From NCBI GenBank assembly GCA_040222015.1, contig JAVJWO010000052.1, positions 55,663 through 119,662 on the forward strand: DNA of 64,000 bases. The letters run 5' to 3'. Shown in pieces: positions 21,762 through 31,341 of this stretch. Position numbers and translations under genes: made by a program. The stretch comes from Coleofasciculus chthonoplastes F2-STO-03. Its GTDB lineage: Bacteria > Cyanobacteriota > Cyanobacteriia > Cyanobacteriales > Coleofasciculaceae. How positions within the stretch are numbered: position 1 is the stretch's first letter; every line of letters starts with the position of its first letter. A model generated the notes under the pieces. It worked only from the letters and a program-made list of their open reading frames with translations. It ran no database searches and was not told where the DNA came from.

Positions 21762-23465
21762 TTACAAATGACGCTCTAGACATTTGGCGTCTAAGACGGT
21801 GAATTTTTGGGTGTGAAAGAGGGTACATTGGCGAATTAATGGGGGGAGGGCTAAGGGGATTTCTTGTTCTAATTTCAGGCTGGCTTCTGTGGCGACATCT
21901 GGAAATTGTTGTATCCATTTGTTGTGGCTGATGTAGTCGGGGGTAAAGGCGGATTGGTCGATTAGCCAAAAGTCTATAGTATGGTTTTGGATGAATGTTT
22001 TGATCTCGTTGGCGTCAGGGCTGTATTGAGCGCGAATTAAGTTAATGGCGCGTTGGCGCAAGGGGAGGTAATAGCTGAGATGATAGGGGATGGCGTATTC
22101 CCAACTGACTAAAATTGAACGGTGGGTAAAGGTGGGGAGGTTATCGGTTTCTGGGGATAGGGAGGCGATAAGGCTATCTTTGGGTTGATGGGTGAAAAAT
22201 TGGTAGAGTTGGGGTGCGGTTCCGATTTCGTAGGCGGTTTTGGGGAAGTTTGGGACGAGGAGGGGGTAGAATAGTAGGATTCCGGCGAGGATTGTGGCGA
22301 AACCGATGGCGAGGATTTGGGTTTTCTGGAATAGTCCATGACATAAGATGGTTAGGGCGATTCCTGTGGCGATGGGAAGTAGGAGTCGTAAAGTGTGTTC
22401 AGTGTAACGACTGGGTAAATGGAGGTGGAAGAGGAGTAAATGGGCGGTAAAAAATAGAGTCAGGGAGATGAGGAGAATTTGGGGGAGGAGGATGATTGAG
22501 GGGTGAATCTGTCGAGTTAGGGGGAAGTGTTGGGGAATTTTTCCGAAACAGGGTAATAAGAGGGCGGCGTATAGTAAGATGGGGAGGGATTGGCGTCGAG
22601 GGAGAAGTCCACTGCGATCGCCGTTTAACCAGAAATCCCAGAAATTATCGGTAAAAAAGCTGGCTCGCCCCCCCGCCCAGAATTCTGGCATATCCTTGGC
22701 TTGTGTGGCGGTAATAATTGGCTCAAAGTCGGATTGGGTGAGGGCGTAGGGTAACATTACCAAAAATGCTACGAGTAAACCCGCCGCGCTGAAGTAGTAA
22801 TCCTTCGTTTCACGCGACAGTCGCAGTTTCCCCCTTTGCCATTTCCCCAACTGGAGGATTAATAGTCCACTGGAGATGAGGACACTTTGGGGATAGAACC
22901 ATCCTTGTAGCGCGATCGCACCTAAACTGGGAATTAGCGATCGCTTGATTAGATAATACCAGAATCCGAGGAGTAATGGGTAGACAAATGCTCTGGGTGT
23001 GGCGGAGACTAAATCATCCCGCATCCACAGGGTTTGATTGACGAGCAGGGAACTAATAAATCCGGCGATGGGTAGGGGGAGGAGTTGTCGGGTGAGGGCA
23101 AAGGCGTAAATTGTGGTGATTAATGTCAGGAGTAGGGGGAGGAGTTTACTCAGGGTTAGGGGTGCGATTCCTAGGTTGGCGATGATTTGGTAGAGGGTTT
23201 TGTAGCCGACGGGAGCGACGGTTTGGAAATAATCGGCAATGGTGTCATTGGGGAATAATTGGGAATCTATATATCGCTGCATCCAAAAGACGTGTTGTCT
23301 GGCGTCATCTTGGACGATATAAGGGGAATTGAAGGCTTGTTTTAGGGCTAATAGGCTATAACTGGTGGCAATGATGAGGCTGAGGGATAACCAGAAAATT
23401 ACTCTGGGTTGGGATTGATGCGTGATTAGGGATAGTTGGGTTTTTTTGGGGGGATTTTTTGGCAT
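21762..23465 (-). CDS. GT-C-like multi-pass membrane protein, paralogue 1
   Basis: QDDARQHVFWMQR...IADYFQ.VAP.GY, SATPRAFVYP, HLPSRYT. Confidence 0.8.
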   Translation of the reverse strand: MPKNPPKKTQLSLITHQSQPRVIFWLSLSLIIATSYSLLALKQAFNSPYIVQDDARQHVFWMQRYIDSQLFPNDTIADYFQTVAPVGYKTLYQIIANLGIAPLTLSKLLPLLLTLITTIYAFALTRQLLPLPIAGFISSLLVNQTLWMRDDLVSATPRAFVYPLLLGFWYYLIKRSLIPSLGAIALQGWFYPQSVLISSGLLILQLGKWQRGKLRLSRETKDYYFSAAGLLVAFLVMLPYALTQSDFEPIITATQAKDMPEFWAGGRASFFTDNFWDFWLNGDRSGLLPRRQSLPILLYAALLLPCFGKIPQHFPLTRQIHPSIILLPQILLISLTLFFTAHLLLFHLHLPSRYTEHTLRLLLPIATGIALTILCHGLFQKTQILAIGFATILAGILLFYPLLVPNFPKTAYEIGTAPQLYQFFTHQPKDSLIASLSPETDNLPTFTHRSILVSWEYAIPYHLSYYLPLRQRAINLIRAQYSPDANEIKTFIQNHTIDFWLIDQSAFTPDYISHNKWIQQFPDVATEASLKLEQEIPLALPPLIRQCTLFHTQKFTVLDAKCLERHL

Positions 23466-23665
23466 AGAGAGACGGGTTTTTGAACGGTTTGTAGAGGGGA
23501 AGAGTGGATTTTTTCAACGCAGAGGTTCGCAGAGGGAAAGCGCAGAGGTAGTATTGGGAGAAGGGGGGTTGTGGGGGGTTCAATCAAGGCAATAACTTTA
23601 AAATATATATGACACTTTCTGCGTCTCCCCCATCTCTCTCTCATCACTTATTCAGCACACCCTAA

Positions 23666-24113
23666 TTATGGGGACAGGATTTGCCAAAGCCATCCTAATT
23701 CATAGACGGGTTTTATTTGATAGGGGGATTGCTGTTCGAGTTCATAGACTGATGAGGGCGGATAAACTGCGAGTGACAGAGGGAGTATTGCCAAACCAGC
23801 GCACCCAAAAATGAGCCATTAAATAATATAACGGTGGATGCTCGGATTTGTTGACTAATGCCTTCATCGTATCGCTTAAGCCGTTTTGAGGGCGAGGTTG
23901 CAGATAATCCTGTAAGGCTTTAACTTGAATTATCCCGCCGTTGAAGTTATCCTGACTATAGTCTTGAATGGTATGTCCGGAGACGCGAACTGATGTATAA
24001 ATTTCATCCGTCCAATAGACCTTTTTTCCTAGGTTGGCGAAGCGAAAAAATAAACCTAAGATGATGGTTATTGCCACACAAGCTATTATGACATGATGAC
24101 GAATTTCTTTCAT
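23666..24113 (-). pseudogene. GT39/ArnT-type glycosyltransferase with a large internal deletion
   Basis: N-terminus FRFANLGKKVYWTDE...EHPPLYY...RSLSALISL stops at 23742; a shifted frame continues ELEQQSPYQIKPVYELGWLWQILSP*, a plausible C-terminus. Confidence 0.75.
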
Positions 24114-24175
24114 GTTCTCATTCTAACTTCCTGCCGCTGCCTTAGAAGGGCGGGTTTAAGGCACCCTGGCTTTCT

Positions 24176-25933
24176 TTATTCAGCAATCCCCATAATACAT
24201 TGCGCGTCTAGAACCATCAAAGCATCCGTATCGAATACACTACACTGTGCTGTAACTTTAGACAAGGCGGGATTTATTCCTACCTGTAACTGAGTAATCG
24301 CGGCTTTCGCTGGGGGATACTGCATCAACCAATTACTCCCCAAAATATAGTCAGGTGTAAAAGCGGCACGATGCACTAAAAAAAAGGTGACGCCATAGCG
24401 TTGAATAAACTGTTGTACCTGAAATAAGTCTGGACTATACTGAGCCTGAATTAAATCAATCGCCCGTTGCCGAATCTGAGTATAGTACCCGACATGATAG
24501 GGAATCGCATACATTTCACTGACTAAAACCGGCTGCTGGGAAAACGTCGGTAAATTATTAGCTTCTTCATCAAGGGAAGCAATCAGACTCGGCTGCGGTT
24601 GTTGAGCCAAAAATTCATATAAACTAGGATATTGACCTTGTTTATATCGAGTCAACGGGAAACTCACAAAACAGGGATATAGGATAAGTATCATCCCCAA
24701 AACTGCCGTAACTGCCCAAGCCAAGTATCGTCTAGAGGGGCGAGAAGTAACCCTTGCCCAATAAACCAATGCATCTACAACTACCACAAACGCGATCGCA
24801 CTCGCTAATGCCATAACAATTCGCAGGCTATGGGTAGTATACCGAATCGGCAGATGTAGCCTAAACAAGAAAACGTGGGCGAGAACAAATGTCACACCAG
24901 CCGTTATCACCATCTCCGGTAAAATAACCACACCCCTCGTCACCTGCTTAACCAAGCGAAAGCGGGAGGGATAGCGCCACAGCACTGGTAAAAGCAACCC
25001 CAGATACAGTAATGGCGGTAGAGACAATCCCCCCAAAAAACTACTACGCTTACCAAACAACCAAAACTCCCAAGGATTCGCATCAAAAAAAGGGGTTCTC
25101 CCCTCAGGCATAAACTCCGGTAACCCTCTCGCCGCAGCTGCCGCGATCGCAGGACCAAATTCACTAGACTGTACAGTGTAGGGTAGCAGTACCAGAATCG
25201 CCACCGCCAATCCCAACCCACCCAACCAATAATCCCCTCGATTCCCCGAAAGCCGCCATCGCCCCCCTTGCCAGTCTCCCATCTGCAAAATCAGGATTCC
25301 CGCACAGATCAACACATACTGAGGATAGAATACCCCCAAAAGCGCGATCGCACCCAAACAAGGAAACAGTGAGCGCCGCAGCAAATAGTACAAAAACGCC
25401 AACACGATTGGATAAACAAACGCTCTCGGCGTACCCGAAATCAGAGTATAAGTTGTCCAAAGATTTTGATTCAGCAATAGAGACGCCGTAAATCCAGCAA
25501 TTGGCAGAGGTAACAATTCCCAACCAATACCAAAACAGTAACCCGTAGTAATCACCCCCAAAACAGTCGGCACCAGCTTATTAAATACCAGTGGATTCAT
25601 CCCCAAACCTGCCATAATCTGATACAGCGTCGCATACCCAACTGGAGCAACCGACTGATGATAATCGGCAATTAAATCATCAGCAAATAACCCCGACTCC
25701 AAAAACCGTTGCATCCAGAACACATGCTGTCTAGCATCACTATCCACCAAATAGTCACTACTAAACGCCTGCTGAAGTGCCAAAAGACTATAAACCACAG
25801 AAAACGTCAAACCAAGACTCAACCAAACAATAATATGAGAACGAGATAACTTATTCGTCATTTGTCCTTTGTCAGGGTATAGAATTGGATTGATTCCCTG
25901 TAACCTCCTCAATAAAGGTATCAATTCTATCAT
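24176..25933 (-). CDS. GT-C-like multi-pass membrane protein, paralogue 2
   Basis: DSDARQHVFWMQRF...IADYHQSVAPVGY, SGTPRAFVYP, HLPIRYT; the true start may be MTNKL at 25861. Confidence 0.8.
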   Translation of the reverse strand: MIELIPLLRRLQGINPILYPDKGQMTNKLSRSHIIVWLSLGLTFSVVYSLLALQQAFSSDYLVDSDARQHVFWMQRFLESGLFADDLIADYHQSVAPVGYATLYQIMAGLGMNPLVFNKLVPTVLGVITTGYCFGIGWELLPLPIAGFTASLLLNQNLWTTYTLISGTPRAFVYPIVLAFLYYLLRRSLFPCLGAIALLGVFYPQYVLICAGILILQMGDWQGGRWRLSGNRGDYWLGGLGLAVAILVLLPYTVQSSEFGPAIAAAAARGLPEFMPEGRTPFFDANPWEFWLFGKRSSFLGGLSLPPLLYLGLLLPVLWRYPSRFRLVKQVTRGVVILPEMVITAGVTFVLAHVFLFRLHLPIRYTTHSLRIVMALASAIAFVVVVDALVYWARVTSRPSRRYLAWAVTAVLGMILILYPCFVSFPLTRYKQGQYPSLYEFLAQQPQPSLIASLDEEANNLPTFSQQPVLVSEMYAIPYHVGYYTQIRQRAIDLIQAQYSPDLFQVQQFIQRYGVTFFLVHRAAFTPDYILGSNWLMQYPPAKAAITQLQVGINPALSKVTAQCSVFDTDALMVLDAQCIMGIAE

Positions 25934-26180
25934 TTTGATTTTTTCTTCCCCGATTGTCTGAAAAGGGCGGGTTTAATCAAGTTATCCGTTTCTGCCAAAA
26001 TGGTATCAATTAAACCCGCCCCTACATCAAAACCTACCATTTTCATCTATAACATCCTCCTCCCAAAAACCGCAACTCCCCAACATCCCGCCAAAACCTC
26101 TGCGCCCCTCTGCGCTTCCCTCTGCGTTCCTCTGCGTTAAAAATAAAACCATGAGACAACAAATCTAACCTAACAAATAA

Positions 26181-27938
26181 CTAATCCCGCAAACAATCCG
26201 CCGACAAAACAACCAACCCCTCCCCCTCAAACACCCTACATCCTTCCATCCTCTCCACCAAAACCGGAACCCCTCCCCCTGCCAGACTCAACCTCGCCCT
26301 CGTCGCCGCCAACTCATACTCTTGAATCCAACGATTACCCATCACATACTCCAGCGTAAACGCCCCCCGTTCCACTAACCATAAATCAACCCCATACCGC
26401 CGAATAAAATCTTGCACCCTTCCCTCATCTAAACTATACTGAGCCTCAATCAAATCAACCGTCCGCTGATACATTTCATTGTAATAATCCAAATGATAAG
26501 GCAACGCATAACCTTCCCCCCCCACTAAAATCGTCCGCTGGGCAAACGTCGGTAAACTATTCGCTTCCTCCGTCAACGAAGCAATTACCGTATCCTTCGG
26601 TTGTTGTTGTAAAAACACATAAAGTTCCGGCATAGTTCCCACCGTGTAACGACGAATCGGAAACGGATAATCATGCGCTTGCAAAATACTGGGATAAAAA
26701 AGTAGAATAGCCATCAAACCCCCCGTAAACCCAACCCCCAAAAGCGGTTTCCCTTTAGTTTGAGCCACCAGTAAAACTGTATCCAATAAAATAGTCAGCG
26801 CCACAGCCGCCGCCAACGCCACCAAAATCCGTAAACTATGTTCCGTATACCGATTCGGAAGATGTAGCTTAAATAGAAACAAATGAGCCGCGACAAACAT
26901 GGCAATCGATACCAACAGCATCTGAGGTAACAGCCAAATACCCCCACTCACCCGTTTAACTAAAGGAAACCGAGAGGGATAGTTCAACAGAAACGGCAAC
27001 GAAAAACTCACCCAAACCTGTGGCGGTACTAAAAGAATCGAATACTTTGCCATCAACCGACACCATTCCGTCGGTAGCATCCCACTACGCTTACCACAAA
27101 CCCAGTAATTCCAGGGGTCATCATTAAAAAAACTTGACCATCCTTTAGCCGAAAAAGCAGGTAAACTCCTTGCTTGTGTCACCGTAATTACAGAACCAAA
27201 TTCTGACGGGTTTAAATAGGGGAAAAGAACCACAAATGCGACTCCTAATCCCCACCCACAGAACCAATAATCTGAGCGCACTGGCGATAACTGAAACCGC
27301 CCTTGTTCCCACCGCCCTAGCTGAACAATCAACAAAAAAGCCACAATAAAGACACACTGAGGATAAAATACCCCCAAAAGTGCGATCGCGACAAGGGTTG
27401 GCAGTAACCATCGTCGCAACCGATAATACACAAAAGCGAGAAATAGGGGATAGACAAAGGCGACAGGTGTAGCCGATACTAAATCATCTCTCATCCAGAG
27501 ATTTTGATTTAATAGTAATGATGCGATAAACCCCGCCACGGGTACAGGCAAAATTTGTAGAGTAATACCAAAACAGTAGGCAGTAGCTACCAATCCTAAC
27601 CCTAAGGGTAAAATCTTACTTAACGTCATCGGATCAACACCTACTGCGGCAAAAAGGCGGTAAAATGTTGCGTATCCCCAAGGTGCAACCGATTGAAAAT
27701 AATCGGCAATCAAATCCCCAGGAAACAACTGTGAATCCAGAAACCGACGCATCCAAAAAATATGCTGTCGCGCATCATCCTGCACAATATAGTCATGACT
27801 CAACGCCTCTTGTAGTGCCGGATATGCATAAATAGCGGCAAAAGTCAAGCTCAAACTCAACCAAAACACCTGCTGAGTGCGAGAGACTTTGCCCGTAAGT
27901 AGGTGGGAAAAGTTAAAGTTAACGGCTCTTATCGTCAT
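26181..27938 (-). CDS. GT-C-like multi-pass membrane protein, paralogue 3
   Basis: QDDARQHIFWMRRF...IADYFQSVAPWGY, SATPVAFVYP, HLPNRYT. Confidence 0.8.
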   Translation of the reverse strand: MTIRAVNFNFSHLLTGKVSRTQQVFWLSLSLTFAAIYAYPALQEALSHDYIVQDDARQHIFWMRRFLDSQLFPGDLIADYFQSVAPWGYATFYRLFAAVGVDPMTLSKILPLGLGLVATAYCFGITLQILPVPVAGFIASLLLNQNLWMRDDLVSATPVAFVYPLFLAFVYYRLRRWLLPTLVAIALLGVFYPQCVFIVAFLLIVQLGRWEQGRFQLSPVRSDYWFCGWGLGVAFVVLFPYLNPSEFGSVITVTQARSLPAFSAKGWSSFFNDDPWNYWVCGKRSGMLPTEWCRLMAKYSILLVPPQVWVSFSLPFLLNYPSRFPLVKRVSGGIWLLPQMLLVSIAMFVAAHLFLFKLHLPNRYTEHSLRILVALAAAVALTILLDTVLLVAQTKGKPLLGVGFTGGLMAILLFYPSILQAHDYPFPIRRYTVGTMPELYVFLQQQPKDTVIASLTEEANSLPTFAQRTILVGGEGYALPYHLDYYNEMYQRTVDLIEAQYSLDEGRVQDFIRRYGVDLWLVERGAFTLEYVMGNRWIQEYELAATRARLSLAGGGVPVLVERMEGCRVFEGEGLVVLSADCLRD

Positions 27939-27991
27939 TTGTCATTTGTCATTTGTCATTTGTCATTTGTTTCTTGTTCATGGTTCATTGG

Positions 27992-28201
27992 TCATTCGTC
28001 TTATGTGTAAAGCAATGTCCGACTATTTACCGCCACATTTGGCATACCCCATCAATTCTAATTCTATTGATATCAATTGAACCGTAGGGGCGACCCGCTG
28101 CAAAAATGAACACAATTCACCCATAAACCTTATCGGGTCGCCCTGCATCAGGTATCAGAAAAACCAATAAAAATCGACATGAACCATTGCCTAAAATTAA
28201 A
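27992..28201 (-). mobile_element. About 210-bp dispersed repeat/MITE, copy 2 (inverted)
   Basis: Reverse-complement match to 8962-9176. Confidence 0.8.
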
Positions 28202-28254
28202 CCGTTATAGCCTTACAAAGGCAGGTTAAGACATTCTGTACTATTGCCTGTTCC

Positions 28255-29892
28255 CTATTCCAAAGACCTAGCATAGAGAATATAACGCGAATTTTGATAC
28301 GCGATCGCAAAATCTAGAGGGTGAGTGCTACTCGTCAGCAGATAATCAGCGCCATACTTATTCATCACAGCCTGGGCTTGGTCGGTTGTTAAGCTGTTAT
28401 AACCAGCCCTAAGCGCCTGCTTCATCTTACTGAACGTAACTCGTTCACCCGGTTGGGGCCAAGGGTTGAGTGTACCACTCAAGTCAGTGAGACGTTCATA
28501 CCAGTCCAACACTCCCACTTTCGTCGGGGGGATAAACTTAAATTTGGCAACAGTGGGGCGTTCTGCCACCCAAGTAAAGGGGGTAAGTTCTGCGGGGGGT
28601 GTAACAATCAGCGCATCATCAGGGGTGTTCGTGCGAATCCAATCACTTATAGCCTTGCCTTCCGGCTCTATCCCCTGTTGTTCACTGGGAAACTCAGATA
28701 GTGCAACGAAAGCTTGGTGAAATTCTACCGCCTGAACAGTACAAGCCCCACTCAATAACACAATACAAACAAATAACAAAATGGGTCGTGCTTTACCGAT
28801 AAAGCTTTGCTCCAGGGCGCAAGCAAATAGCAGACAAGTATTTAGGGGTAACATCACATCCCCCAGCCGAAACGGGTAATATTGTAAGAACGTACCCTGA
28901 GCATCAAACGGCGCGATCGCGAGTCCTAAACCAAAGGGTATCAACGTCAGTAGCGTGAACTCCGCCAACCCCATCCGCACTGCATGTTCCTGAGACTGTC
29001 GCTGGCGCCAAAGTATGCCCACACTCAGCGCCAACACTAGCAAGTAGACAGCAGGTTTTATCCACCATTCCGCCGACCAATAAAGGGGATTTAGGTGATG
29101 AGGAGTACGGATAAACACATAAACATAGGATGGTTCAATAGCACCTGTAGGACTAGGTGTCAATAAATGTTCCAGAATCGTGTAAATCGATAGCGCACTG
29201 GCGATTAGATAAATCGCGACAACGGAACCCAGATAGCGAATACTTCTAAAATGGCGGTGGCGTCTGAGTAGCAACCATCCTCCTATCACCAGAGACGCCC
29301 AACCCCCGACAAAAATGTGGAAGAATGTAGCTAGCCCCAAAAGAAGTGCCATCAGGCGATAGTGACCCGTTAACATCAGCCCAATAGCGAACAGCAATAA
29401 ACCGTAAGCTACAGCTTTCGGCTCAACTCCTCCCACCAACCATTCACGGGCAACTACCCCTTGATGGTCATCCACATAGAGAAATAAGCCAACCGCCAAC
29501 AGCAGCAACGGCAAACTCAACCCCAGCTTTCGACCCAGAAACACTAACCCTGAAGCCATTAAGGTGTAACACAACAGCCGCCCGATTAAAGACGTGGCTA
29601 AAAACCCCCAAGCCGCCGCCATTGAGCCAAACAACGCCAGGAAGGGGATGCGATAGCCCGGAGGCTGATTGAGATACCAGTCGCCGGGAATCCAACTTGG
29701 GTCAGCATACTGTCTGGCAAAGGGTAAAATATTGACTTCATTACCGCCGCCCATATTGCCATCCAGCAGGAACCCCAAACTGAGGAATGCGGTGACGACC
29801 AAAATTTGAACGCTGACTTGCTTCCAGTGGGTTCGTTCTTGATGAACCGGATTGGCTTGTATGGAATGGCTTGATATCGTCTCGTTGGTCAC
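28255..29892 (-). CDS. Multi-pass membrane protein, DUF6798/GT-C-like
   Basis: NE..LP...DPSWIPGDWY, YVFIRTPHHL, KFIP...DWYERL. Confidence 0.75.
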   Translation of the reverse strand: MTNETISSHSIQANPVHQERTHWKQVSVQILVVTAFLSLGFLLDGNMGGGNEVNILPFARQYADPSWIPGDWYLNQPPGYRIPFLALFGSMAAAWGFLATSLIGRLLCYTLMASGLVFLGRKLGLSLPLLLLAVGLFLYVDDHQGVVAREWLVGGVEPKAVAYGLLLFAIGLMLTGHYRLMALLLGLATFFHIFVGGWASLVIGGWLLLRRHRHFRSIRYLGSVVAIYLIASALSIYTILEHLLTPSPTGAIEPSYVYVFIRTPHHLNPLYWSAEWWIKPAVYLLVLALSVGILWRQRQSQEHAVRMGLAEFTLLTLIPFGLGLAIAPFDAQGTFLQYYPFRLGDVMLPLNTCLLFACALEQSFIGKARPILLFVCIVLLSGACTVQAVEFHQAFVALSEFPSEQQGIEPEGKAISDWIRTNTPDDALIVTPPAELTPFTWVAERPTVAKFKFIPPTKVGVLDWYERLTDLSGTLNPWPQPGERVTFSKMKQALRAGYNSLTTDQAQAVMNKYGADYLLTSSTHPLDFAIAYQNSRYILYARSLE

Positions 29893-30114
29893 TGGCGTGA
29901 TACTTCCCCAAATTAAACCCTAATCGTTGCCAAGTATAGTATTGTCAGCGTCTCGTGAATAGCTCTTTTCTACATAACCCCGTTGATGTGTCGGGGCGGA
30001 CGCGAGAAATTAATCGGGATTGTTTCCCCTACCTGGAATGCTAAACTTGCCTTGATCATCCGATCAAACGGTATCAGCTTAAGCAATCCCGACGTTTATA
30101 AGAGGAATTCAAGT

Positions 30115-31119
30115 GTGGTCAACATTTTAGTCACAGGTGCCGCCGGCTTTATCGGATACCACCTCAGTCAACGATTACTTGCCCAGGGTGATACCGTGAT
30201 TGGACTGGATAACCTGAATGCGTACTATGATGTCTCCCTCAAACAGGCTCGACTGGCGCAACTGGAGAACCAACCTGGGTTTCGCTTTTATAAACTCGAC
30301 TTAGCCGATAGAGAGGGAATTGCCCAGTTATTTACCCAAGAATCCTTCGAGTGTGTCATCCATTTGGCGGCGCAGGCGGGGGTTCGCTATTCCTTGAAAA
30401 ACCCCTACGCCTATGTGGATAGTAACTTGGTGGGTTTTACCAATATCCTGGAAGGATGTCGCCATTCCGACATCAAGCATCTGGTGTTTGCTTCATCCAG
30501 TTCGGTGTACGGTGCGAATACGAAAGTGCCGTTTTCAGTACAGGATAATGTCGATTGTCCCATTAGCCTCTATGCGGCTACTAAGAAAGCGAATGAATTA
30601 ATGGCTCATGCCTATAGTCATTTGTACAACATCCCGACAACTGGCTTGCGCTTCTTTACAGTCTATGGGTCGTGGTATCGTCCCGATATGGCATTATTTT
30701 TATTTACCAAAGCGATTCTCGCTGAACAGCCGATTAATGTGTTCAATTATGGTCGGATGCAACGGGATTTTACCTACGTTGATGATGTTGTCGAGGGGGT
30801 GGTGCGAGTCATGGGTAAAATTCCGCCGCCGGAAGCATCAGGAAATGCTTTACCTGGTTCGAGAAGTTCTGCTCCTTACAAACTCTACAACATTGGCAAT
30901 AATCAACCGATTGAATTGCTACAACTCATCGAAACCCTCGAACAATGTTTGGGCAAAACGGCTGTGAAAAATATGCTACCTATGCAACCGGGAGATGTGC
31001 CGATTACTTATGCGGATGTGGATGATTTAATGCAAGAGGTGGGATTTAGACCGAATACGCCGATTGAAGTGGGTGTGGAACGTTTTGTTCAATGGTATCG
31101 GTCTTACTACAATATTTAG
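30115..31119 (+). CDS. NAD-dependent epimerase (UDP-glucuronate 4-epimerase/CapI-like)
   Basis: GAAGFIG, HLAAQAGVRYS, YAATK, MQPGDV; GTG start after AGAGGA. Confidence 0.92.
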   Translation: MVNILVTGAAGFIGYHLSQRLLAQGDTVIGLDNLNAYYDVSLKQARLAQLENQPGFRFYKLDLADREGIAQLFTQESFECVIHLAAQAGVRYSLKNPYAYVDSNLVGFTNILEGCRHSDIKHLVFASSSSVYGANTKVPFSVQDNVDCPISLYAATKKANELMAHAYSHLYNIPTTGLRFFTVYGSWYRPDMALFLFTKAILAEQPINVFNYGRMQRDFTYVDDVVEGVVRVMGKIPPPEASGNALPGSRSSAPYKLYNIGNNQPIELLQLIETLEQCLGKTAVKNMLPMQPGDVPITYADVDDLMQEVGFRPNTPIEVGVERFVQWYRSYYNI

Positions 31120-31341
31120 GGGCTGCTGAATAAGTTTGGGGAACAGGGAACAGGGAACAGGGAACAGTTTCAACCCCCTGTTGGGGGTAAATTTTGCCAT
31201 CGCGGAGGCTTACAAGCCAAGGATGCAAGATCTCAAAAGTCAAAAATAATATTTAATCGGGGCGGGTTTAGTCGCATCTAGGTGCAACAGAAATGATAGT
31301 AGTGAAACCCGCCCCTACACAGGTGAAGGTTTAAACCTTTT

